Source: Candidatus Saccharimonadales bacterium (GTDB lineage Bacteria; Patescibacteriota; Saccharimonadia; Saccharimonadales; JBBQKK01). From it: a stretch of DNA of 42,423 bases. Under the pieces are notes generated by a model, which did not search any database, was not told the DNA's origin, and saw only the letters and a list, made by a program, of their open reading frames with translations. Of the stretch, positions 25,201 through 35,626 are shown piece by piece (position 1 is the first letter of the stretch; each line of letters begins with the position of its first letter). The DNA is taken from NCBI GenBank assembly GCA_038326785.1, contig JBBQKK010000002.1:1-42423 (forward strand), in the 5' to 3' direction. The position numbers were made by a program, and so were the translations under genes.

Positions 25201-25380
25201 CCACAAGCGACGCAGCCATTGGCTGCTGATGCAGCCGTTGCGGCCATTGCGGAAGAGCTCAAATCAGCCACCGAGGGCGAGATGAAGATTGATAAGGCAG
25301 CTGCAGACCCAGCAAAGCCTAAAGATCCAGATGGTGACACCATCTACATCGACCGCGACGGCAACATTCAAACGGTGTAA
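22273..25380 (+). CDS. TraD/TraG/VirD4-like (type IV coupling protein-like) membrane-anchored P-loop ATPase with a ~220-aa Pro/Ala-rich C-terminal tail
   Basis: N-terminal TM helix, then VVGQTGVGKST (Walker A), LYVDEFQNF (Walker B) and ARKYRLNLIVANQ. The tail is PAP/PVA low-complexity sequence. Confidence 0.55.
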   Translation: MDTLITLLMIFFLVLLGLAPVVFWQVRKIFREQKNYERGLKMVPLLIHLPPQSDDAEGGGRDVRDVVDENISKAQILYNIIAGQFKKGFKNKFYGQPHFAFEIVGTNGIVQFYAAVPMSLVEVVKQAVVSAYPTARMEEVAEHNIFSPVGKISGTIGGELTLKENFAFPIATYQDLKRDAMQSLLNALSTLEKEDGVGIQILMRPAGSDWRKEATGVASKKRKGKDKSRGATGLLKDFIVAFNKPPDDKGGSGDKHELSSIDQAIVDAIDDKTRYPGFETMVRVVASSNISQRSQAILSNVVATFALFDSPGKNGFKYTPAKDMERFVTSYILRFFPQENNRNILNSVELSTLFHFPDQKNIPTSQLSRQASKQVDGPRNIPDEGMLLGYNIFRGVKKPIRLALEDRRRHMYVVGQTGVGKSTFLENLALQDMLDGNGFAFVDPHGDTAEKLLSMVPKERVEDVIYFSPGDMDYPMGLNLFEFNLPEQKDFLIQEAINMLYKLYDPQRQGIIGPRYEHWFRNAALTVMAGPEGGTFIDIPKVFTDSKYAKQKLQYVTDQTVLDFWNKEMAATSDYHKSEVLGWFVSKFGAFLSNEMMRNIIGQTKSSFDLREIMDNKKILIVNLSKGRTGELNSKLLGMIFVMKFQAAAMSRANIPEEQRPDFSLYVDEFQNFSTESFATIMSEARKYRLNLIVANQFTTQLTDEIRDAVFGNMGTIVSYRVGQNDVESLSRYFQPTFEGEDLLRVPNYNAIVRTLISGVPTQPFSMAGLPPLGNPNAQLGNALKQLSAAKYGRAKAGVEKEIFARLATIEEPRPAPRPAAGAPSPFAPQAGAKPTASPFGPPVAPKMPSSGSSFLDDWLAKRKAPAGPLPPGVPAAPAYPNPAAAPLAVPPAVPVAPKSPLAPPVAPVAAPVPPAPAIPAVPVPTPVAATPAVSPVPAPPTVAAVPAAPSLDTPISSMQLTPLSPPAPQEAPDAAPQATQPLAADAAVAAIAEELKSATEGEMKIDKAAADPAKPKDPDGDTIYIDRDGNIQTV

Positions 25381-25381
25381 G

Positions 25382-25933
25382 TTATCGAGCTTTGCGGATA
25401 AGGTGAATAAATAGTTCTACTATAAGTCCGGCGGTAAAACCGCCAGCAAACAAGATGACAAAGATAAGGTAGTTGTAGCTAAACCCGTAGCGTCTTGTGA
25501 AGTACGTTAGAAGCAATGTTCCTATTAGTGCAAAAATACTGCCGCCCAGTATGCCCGAGGGCCGCGCAACGGTGTTGCCCGTAACGGTGCTTATAGTTTC
25601 TACGACAGGCGCATGTATTACTTTGCTCAGAGCCTTTTCGGGCCCGTTTAAGCTGTTTTGAGTGCGCTCTAGGGTCCTTTTATATGCGGACTGCTTAAGG
25701 TCTCGGTGGAGCCCTGGAACGTAAGCGGCTTGTTGTTCCTGCTCGCCAGTCGAAAATTCTTTTGCGCTGACGGCTTGTTGCTCAACATGATCTTGAAGAC
25801 CTTGTATTTGTTCTGCGCTGACAGCCGTCTCGGCTGCTTGCTCGCTAAGTTTTTCCAGTAGTTTCTTTGACTCCTGAGATGTGTCGACTCGAAACTCGGC
25901 TGACTCGCCTCGTGGAATTAGCTTTTCACTCAT
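25382..25933 (-). CDS. Hypothetical membrane protein (acidic N-terminal half, two C-terminal TM helices)
   Basis: A 183-aa ORF that starts 2 nt after the stop of the upstream LPXTG gene. Confidence 0.6.
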   Translation of the reverse strand: MSEKLIPRGESAEFRVDTSQESKKLLEKLSEQAAETAVSAEQIQGLQDHVEQQAVSAKEFSTGEQEQQAAYVPGLHRDLKQSAYKRTLERTQNSLNGPEKALSKVIHAPVVETISTVTGNTVARPSGILGGSIFALIGTLLLTYFTRRYGFSYNYLIFVILFAGGFTAGLIVELFIHLIRKAR

Positions 25934-25935
25934 TG

Positions 25936-27624
25936 TTAGTATCCTCCTGTTGACGCGAACTCGGTCCGCACTATGTCTAGTTCTTTGGCAACTAATCGGC
26001 TGCGCGCAAAGAAGTATGAAGCCATTGTGGCGATCACAACAATTGCCGCCAAGCTCTCGCCTGGACCGGTGTTAGGCAGGGTAGTCACAGCTTGTTCTGC
26101 TGTTTTTAATGTGCTGGCAGGCAGTTTGATATTTACCGTGTCACCATATACATTCGTCATAATCAGATCAAATGATCCGGGGTGGGATGACGACACAGGC
26201 GTTTCCGGTATTGGGTCTTTTATAGTCACGAGCAGGTTCCGCTGAACGGTTTCGCCAGCTTTGATATCAACTGGTTTCCAACGAACGATCTTCTTGTCAT
26301 CTATTGCGCCACCGCCAAGGTCTACGATATCAGCGTATTCAAGCACATCCCCGAGAGTTTCTTCGATGACAAAACCTTTAGCAGTGCTAGAGCCGGTGTT
26401 CTTTACGGAAAGGATGTACTGGATTGTCTCGCCACCGCGCGCCATTGTGTTGTTTGCGTCTGCGATGTTACGGCTGACGTTACGCGCCTTTTTATTCAAA
26501 ACTAAGTTTGGTGGTGTAGGGGTATTAACCGTAACGGCTGGTGGAGCGGGAGGAGTTACGGTCGGTACCGGAGCATTAAATTTAACGGTATGACAGATTT
26601 GATTAGACGGCGTCTGCGGAGTCTGTACGGACCTAATGAACGCTGTATTACAGATACGCTGACCGTTGGGGGCGTTAGCGTTTACTTTGACCGTGAACTC
26701 TACGTAGTAGCCGGAAGCACGAGCGGGGAAGTTGTTGTAAACCCAAAAGACATGGGGTTCTTTTCCGTGGCCAGGATACACGGAATTAATAAAACCATGA
26801 CGGCTAGCGCCACCCGTTCCCTGAGAAACAAAAGTGGTATGACCTGGTATAGAGTCTTCTACGAAGAGGTATGTCGCAGCCCCATCACCAGCATTGTTGA
26901 AGTACATACGATAACCGATGTTATCTCCTGGCCGTACATTAGTACTCGCTTGAGGCAGGCCTGGTATTGTCGTCTTATTTATTTGTGGGTTTGGCTTGGT
27001 GGGTGGTGCGACTGGCGCAGGAGGAGGTGGAGGGGGGCTGTACTTGCCAATTGTAATGATATTGGCGCAATCAAACATGATCATGATTGTTTGACCGTGC
27101 TTGTTCTGCATTTTGAGTACCTTATATGAAGAGGAACTACTTGAATCCCATGCCCACAAGTTTCGCATGTAATAACGCGCACCATTGATGTCTACGGGGT
27201 ATTCATCGGTCGGCTTGCCGGTCCTGGCAATTGTTGGACCCTGGGCCCAGCGACCCATCGAGTCTAATTGATTACCGTGATCTGTTGATCGTATCCACAC
27301 TTCTTGGGCGCCTGCGATTGAGGTACAGTCTAGCCCGTAGTAATTGACGATCTGAGCGAATTCACTAAAGACACCTTGTTGGCAGTGCTGCACTGCTTGT
27401 TGCTTGGTGCTAAAGCCTCCCTCAATGATGTCGTTCCCTGATCGGGCAAGTGTTGGTTCCGGTGGATTCAATACGGAGAATACTTGTAGGAACATGGCCA
27501 TGGTTAGAATAATTAGGCCTGTGCGCCTAAGGGCAGACTCGCTGTGCATACGCTGGGCATAGAAAGAAACCTGGCCTATGAGACTAGGATTGAAGGGTAG
27601 ATTACTCAGCAATTTTTTGAACAT
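25936..27624 (-). CDS. LPXTG-anchored surface protein with DUF11-like repeat domains and poly-Pro linkers
   Basis: N-terminal signal/anchor, PPPPPPAPVAPP and PVPTVTPPAPP linkers, two Ig-like conserved-repeat (DUF11-type) segments, and LPNTGPGES followed by a hydrophobic helix and ARSR. Confidence 0.75.
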   Translation of the reverse strand: MFKKLLSNLPFNPSLIGQVSFYAQRMHSESALRRTGLIILTMAMFLQVFSVLNPPEPTLARSGNDIIEGGFSTKQQAVQHCQQGVFSEFAQIVNYYGLDCTSIAGAQEVWIRSTDHGNQLDSMGRWAQGPTIARTGKPTDEYPVDINGARYYMRNLWAWDSSSSSSYKVLKMQNKHGQTIMIMFDCANIITIGKYSPPPPPPAPVAPPTKPNPQINKTTIPGLPQASTNVRPGDNIGYRMYFNNAGDGAATYLFVEDSIPGHTTFVSQGTGGASRHGFINSVYPGHGKEPHVFWVYNNFPARASGYYVEFTVKVNANAPNGQRICNTAFIRSVQTPQTPSNQICHTVKFNAPVPTVTPPAPPAVTVNTPTPPNLVLNKKARNVSRNIADANNTMARGGETIQYILSVKNTGSSTAKGFVIEETLGDVLEYADIVDLGGGAIDDKKIVRWKPVDIKAGETVQRNLLVTIKDPIPETPVSSSHPGSFDLIMTNVYGDTVNIKLPASTLKTAEQAVTTLPNTGPGESLAAIVVIATMASYFFARSRLVAKELDIVRTEFASTGGY

Positions 27625-27754
27625 ATTATTTTTCTTTTGTATCTAACTAAACGCTCATGTTTATTGAACCATAAAAGTATGTGTTCAAACAAGGGGTTCA
27701 GTTGAAGATCATGAATAATTCGGATATACTATGTATAAGCGAAAATAAGGGTAA

Positions 27755-29728
<1,974 letters not shown>

Positions 29729-29729
29729 T

Positions 29730-32264
29730 ATGGAAAACGAAGAAATTACACCACAAGAAAAAGTAATTGAGCCAACAATCGAGACTACGCACTCAAAGAC
29801 TGTTATTGCGCGTAGCGTTGAATCTGAGATGGAGAGTAGTTATCTCCAGTATTCTATGTCCGTTATTGTGGCTCGTGCACTACCTGATGTTCGTGACGGT
29901 ATGAAGCCGGTACACCGTAGAATTCTATACGTTATGGACAAGAGCGGCCTTCGTTCAACAGGGAAGCACACAAAAAGCGCGCAAATCGTTGGTGAAGTAA
30001 TGGGTAAGTACCATCCTCATGGTGACAGTGCCATCTATGACTCTATGGTACGTTTGGCGCAGCCATTCTCTACGCGCTACATGCTCGTAGACGGGCAAGG
30101 GAACTTCGGTTCTATGGACGGCGATCCAGCGGCTGCTTATCGTTATACCGAAGCACGCATGACGCGAGCATCTGAAGCGCTGTTGGAAGATATAGACAAA
30201 GATACCGTGCCATTCCGAGACAACTTCGATGGATCACAGCAGGAGCCAGAAGTGCTGCCAGCGAAACTACCCAACCTGCTCTTGAACGGACAGATGGGTA
30301 TTGCCGTTGGTATGGCCACTAATATCCCACCACATAACCTAAACGAGCTTGTCGATGCTACGATTGCACAAATCGACAATCCGGATATTACCCTTGATGA
30401 AATCATGGAGCACATGAAGGGTCCTGATTTCCCAACTGGCGGAATCATCTATGGCAAAGAATCGATTAGGACTGCATTTGCCACCGGTAAGGGCGGCGTG
30501 GTTATGCGTGGTGTAGCTAATGTCGAAGAAGTGGGCAAGAAAACCAGAATTATAATTACTGAAATTCCATATCAGGTTAACAAAGCAGGACTTGTTGAGA
30601 AGATAGCTGATCTTGTAAAAGATAAGAAAATCAGCGGTATATCTGACATTCGCGACGAAAGTTCAAGAGGTTCTGTGCGGGTAGTAATCGATCTCAAGAA
30701 AGACGCGTATCCTAAGAAGCTACTGAACCAGCTATATAAATTGACACCACTTCAGATGAAGTTCCACTACAATATGCTGGCGCTTATCGATGGAATCCAG
30801 CCACGCGTACTCGGGGTGCAGGATATTCTGAACGAATATATTAAGCATCGCCAGAATGTAGTACGTCGTCGAACTGAATTTGAACTCAGGAAGGCCCGTG
30901 AGCGCGCCCATATCCTAGAAGGTCTAAAGATTGCACTTGATCATATTGACGAGGTTATTGCGACCATACGTGCGTCACAGACGACTGATGAAGCTCACGT
31001 CAACTTGGTTGCGAAGTTCAACCTGAGTGATATCCAGGCGAAGGCAATCTTGGCAATGCAGCTCCGCACGCTTGCCGGACTTGAACGCCAGAGAATCGAA
31101 GATGAACTTGCAGCGCTATTAAAGACAATTGCTGAGCTTGAAGGCATTCTGGCTGACGTAAAGAAAATTCTTAAGATCATCAAGGATGAGCTTAGGGATA
31201 TGAAGAAGCAGTTTGGGGACGAGCGTCGAACGATGGTTGTACCACAAGAACTTGGCAAGCTGGGTGATGAAGACTTGATTCCAGACGAACAGGTTGTGGT
31301 AACGCTTACATCAGCAAACTACATTAAGCGCAGCCAAATCGCTGAGTACCGCCGTCAAAACCGTGGCGGGAAGGGCAAGCGAGGCATGGTGACGCGCGAA
31401 GAAGACGTCATTGAGCACGTTGTAAATGCTTCAACACATGACTACCTTTTGTTCTTTACGAACAAGGGAAGAGTATTCCGACTGAAGACCTATGAAGTGC
31501 CAGCTACAAACCTGAGCGCCAAGGGAGTTGCGATTGTTAACCTCCTACAGCTACAGCCGGAAGAGAAGGTTAGCTCGGTGATAAACATCAGCAAGCAGAA
31601 TAACGAGGGTAACCTACTTATGTGTACTGTCAGGGGAGTGGTCAAGAAGACGCCTTTTGAACAGTATAAGAATGTACGCCAGAGCGGACTTATCGCTATC
31701 AACCTCGACGAGGGTGATGAGCTAAAGTGGATTCGTATGACTGGTGGTGACAATGAAGTAGTAATCTCTACTTCTCAAGGTCAAGCAATCCGATTCCACG
31801 AAAAGGATTCTCGACCAATGGGCCGCGTATCTAGGGGCGTGCGAGGCATACGTCTACGTCCTGGTGACCAGGTTATAGGCATGGATCTAGTAGAAGAAGG
31901 CTCAACTATATTTGTCATCAGCGAACAGGGCTACGGTAAGCGTACGAAGGTTGCGCAGTTTACGGCACATGCTCGTGGCGGCGTTGGTATACGCTCTGCA
32001 GTGGTGAATAGTAAGACTGGCAAGCTAGTTGGAGTGAAGTCCCTCAAGAAAGATGATGAGCACGAAATTATCATCATATCCAAGCAGGGGCAGACAATAC
32101 GACTAGGCCTCAAGGATATTCCGGAGCTCGGTCGAGCTACTCAAGGAGTCCGCATTATGCGCCTAAATGATGGTGACTGCGTGGTCTCACTGGCACTCGT
32201 TGAAAAGACCGTGGCTGAAGATGGTGAAGAAATTCTTTTGCCAGCCGAAGACATCGAACAATAG
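29730..32264 (+). CDS. gyrA: DNA gyrase subunit A
   Basis: [29 protein letters not shown] and [10 protein letters not shown] (catalytic Tyr), with C-terminal beta-pinwheel repeats. Confidence 0.96.
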   Translation: MENEEITPQEKVIEPTIETTHSKTVIARSVESEMESSYLQYSMSVIVARALPDVRDGMKPVHRRILYVMDKSGLRSTGKHTKSAQIVGEVMGKYHPHGDSAIYDSMVRLAQPFSTRYMLVDGQGNFGSMDGDPAAAYRYTEARMTRASEALLEDIDKDTVPFRDNFDGSQQEPEVLPAKLPNLLLNGQMGIAVGMATNIPPHNLNELVDATIAQIDNPDITLDEIMEHMKGPDFPTGGIIYGKESIRTAFATGKGGVVMRGVANVEEVGKKTRIIITEIPYQVNKAGLVEKIADLVKDKKISGISDIRDESSRGSVRVVIDLKKDAYPKKLLNQLYKLTPLQMKFHYNMLALIDGIQPRVLGVQDILNEYIKHRQNVVRRRTEFELRKARERAHILEGLKIALDHIDEVIATIRASQTTDEAHVNLVAKFNLSDIQAKAILAMQLRTLAGLERQRIEDELAALLKTIAELEGILADVKKILKIIKDELRDMKKQFGDERRTMVVPQELGKLGDEDLIPDEQVVVTLTSANYIKRSQIAEYRRQNRGGKGKRGMVTREEDVIEHVVNASTHDYLLFFTNKGRVFRLKTYEVPATNLSAKGVAIVNLLQLQPEEKVSSVINISKQNNEGNLLMCTVRGVVKKTPFEQYKNVRQSGLIAINLDEGDELKWIRMTGGDNEVVISTSQGQAIRFHEKDSRPMGRVSRGVRGIRLRPGDQVIGMDLVEEGSTIFVISEQGYGKRTKVAQFTAHARGGVGIRSAVVNSKTGKLVGVKSLKKDDEHEIIIISKQGQTIRLGLKDIPELGRATQGVRIMRLNDGDCVVSLALVEKTVAEDGEEILLPAEDIEQ

Positions 32265-32285
32265 CTCACTGAATAATTGTGTGTA

Positions 32286-32322
32286 AAAATGGCCCGTGCA
32301 CCGCAGCGCGGGCCATGTATTT
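32286..32322 (+). terminator. Possible gyrA terminator
   Basis: TGGCCCG...CGGGCCA hairpin followed by a weak T-run. Confidence 0.4.
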
Positions 32323-32375
32323 AACAGATACAAATGATGAAGAACGTTGTAAAATTGATTTTATATCAAAAATGC

Positions 32376-32405
32376 TTGACACTTGGGCAATATAAACGGT
32401 AAGAT
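32376..32405 (+). promoter_or_regulatory. Candidate rRNA promoter
   Basis: TTGACA (32376-32381), an 18-nt spacer, then TAAGAT. The sequence upstream is AT-rich. Confidence 0.45.
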
Positions 32406-32655
32406 ATGCGGAGTCTTTTGGAGCTTCTGTTGAAGTGTCTCTGAAATATCAGAGATCAATGGATGATCATTAAAAATTTATGTAGTGCAAATCAACGTCA
32501 GTTCAATTTTGAACTATGTTTTAAACACGAATCATTTTAGATGATTCAACAGTAAGTCAGTTTTTGACTGAAGTTTAGGCAGATTCTTTTGTTAGAGATA
32601 AGTAGTCATGGAACAGAAAGTTTACTTTCGAATCTATGTCCAACTACTTCTAACT

Positions 32656-34217
<1,562 letters not shown>

Positions 34218-34394
34218 TAGGGAGAAACCCAGAGCTATCTGTTTACAGATAGACTCGAGGTCGGTCTCGTAACCAATGCTCGAACTTGATTGGTTGCATT
34301 TTAAAGAGATTAAGTTAGACGTTTGATTTGCACTACTAAGATTTTCAAAAAGCTTTTAATACAGATGACTTTTGCCTAGCGTATAATTATTTAT

Positions 34395-34673
34395 ATGACA
34401 GAACATATTTCGACAGCTATTAATCCCGAAGACGAGTCTCATATATCTGAGGCACAACTAGACGATTGGTTGTCGGTTACTTTTGGCGATTTTAATGACG
34501 AAGTATACGCGCGGCAAGAGATGCACGACGGCTCAGTTGCGGTTATTCATGCGACCCATAGGGGAGTAGTATCCAGAGGCTTAGCTTTCTTAAGAGGCCA
34601 AAGGCCCCAGCCAAAAATACGAACAATTAACGATGCTATATCCCCGCCATATTCGAACACTGAAATACATTAA
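34395..34673 (+). CDS. Hypothetical 92-aa acidic protein encoded inside the 16S-tRNA spacer
   Basis: TATAAT (34382-34387) lies 7 nt upstream of the ATG and there is no SD. No similarity recognised. The hairpin at 34728-34753 follows. Confidence 0.35.
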   Translation: MTEHISTAINPEDESHISEAQLDDWLSVTFGDFNDEVYARQEMHDGSVAVIHATHRGVVSRGLAFLRGQRPQPKIRTINDAISPPYSNTEIH

Positions 34674-34725
34674 TCTTTTAGCAGTTTTAGTTTTTGGTCG
34701 AAAAATAATTTTAATTATAAGTTAA

Positions 34726-34925
34726 GGCCCCCTGACACCGAAATGTCAGGGGGCTGGGGGGAGATGCCGGAGGGGCGGAGAAGCCTTGTTTGCAATCAGC
34801 CGAGGCCGATCAAAAGTTCTTAGCCCTCTAGGGGCGTTGCTGGGCGCCACATTCGGCGCTGATCTGCCGCTGGTTCAGCGGCGCCCAGCTGGGTCCCCCG
34901 ACCCGACGTACAGACCCAAGGAGGT
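34726..34925 (+). other. GC-rich, highly structured ~200-bp island of unknown function
   Basis: It contains CCCCCTGACA-CCGAAA-TGTCAGGGGG, nested helices CTGGGCGCC...GGCGCCCAG enclosing GCCGCTG-GTT-CAGCGGC, and GGGTC-CCC-GACCC. Both flanks are AT-rich. Confidence 0.4.
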
Positions 34926-35002
34926 CTAGTAATAATATTATCACAGCTATTCCTGAATAGACTTATAGCTTAATTTTAGATACAATACCCCTGTTCTTTT
35001 AA

Positions 35003-35037
35003 GGGTTTGTAGCTCAGCTGGTTAGAGCACGTCAGTG
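35003..35037 (+). pseudogene. 5' half (to the anticodon loop) of a second tRNA-Ile-like gene
   Basis: GGGTTTGTAGCTCAGCTGGTTAGAGCACGTCAGTG matches the intact tRNA-Ile at 30 of 35 positions. Its acceptor strand is complementary to 35276-35282. Confidence 0.7.
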
Positions 35038-35058
35038 TTATTTAACAATTTGGGGTAA

Positions 35059-35135
35059 GGGCACGTAGCTCAGCTGGTTAGAGCGCGTCACTGATAATGA
35101 CGAGGTCCCTGGTTCGAGTCCAGGCGCGCCCACCA
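35059..35135 (+). tRNA. tRNA-Ile (anticodon GAT)
   Basis: Anticodon arm CGTCA-CTGATAA-TGACG, T arm CCTGG-TTCGAGT-CCAGG and an encoded CCA. The acceptor GGGCACG/CGCGCCC contains an A5.C68 mismatch. Confidence 0.88.
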
Positions 35136-35231
35136 AATGGTTAAATGTATCAGGTATTTTATCCTGATATAATGACGTATTTAACTTGCTTGCGCGAAGA
35201 TAAATCTTCTTGCAAGGCCAAGCAAGGAAAA

Positions 35232-35288
35232 CGTAAATGTCCCCCGGACATTTACGGGTCGCAGGTTCGAGTCCTGCCAAACCCACCA
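35232..35288 (+). pseudogene. 3' half of the split tRNA-Ile-like gene, preceded by an 11-bp junction hairpin
   Basis: CGTAAATGTCC-CCC-GGACATTTACG, then GGTC, T arm GCAGG-TTCGAGT-CCTGC, acceptor CAAACCC, A and CCA. Confidence 0.7.
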
Positions 35289-35291
35289 TAT

Positions 35292-35368
35292 GGGGCATTA
35301 GCTCAGCTGGTTAGAGCACCTGCTTTGCAAGTAGGGGGTCGTCGGTTCGAATCCGACATGCTCCACCA
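35292..35368 (+). tRNA. tRNA-Ala (anticodon TGC)
   Basis: Acceptor GGGGCAT/ATGCTCC with a G3.U70 pair, anticodon loop TTTGCAA, T arm GTCGG-TTCGAAT-CCGAC and an encoded CCA. Confidence 0.93.
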
Positions 35369-35393
35369 TCGCAAAGGCACGGCCTTTGGGACA

Positions 35394-35440
35394 AGAACCT
35401 AACGATAGAATGAATCTGCCGTTAGGTTCTTTGTCTTTGT
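35394..35440 (+). terminator. Terminator ending the 16S-tRNA transcription unit
   Basis: An 11-bp stem (AGAACCTAACG with CGTTAGGTTCT) followed by TTGTCTTTGT. Confidence 0.7.
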
Positions 35441-35626
35441 GGTCGGCCTCTGCTCCTCCGTTTTGTAGAGCTCCCCACAAAACGGAATAAACCAAAATCG
35501 CAGCTGCGCATGAAATAGAATAGACCGAGCGTCAAGGTTCTATATCTGAGAAAAAGGAGATGGGTAAGTATTGACTAAATTAAGCAAAAGTAGTATAATC
35601 TAGCTAAATCTAAAGGAGTTCGTAAG

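Noticed and set aside
35038-35495. ORFs across the tRNA-Ile/tRNA-Ala cluster (35038..35298, 35145..35402 and 35298..35495)
   Set aside because: They are built from tRNA genes and hairpin sequence, with no SD and no plausible protein features.
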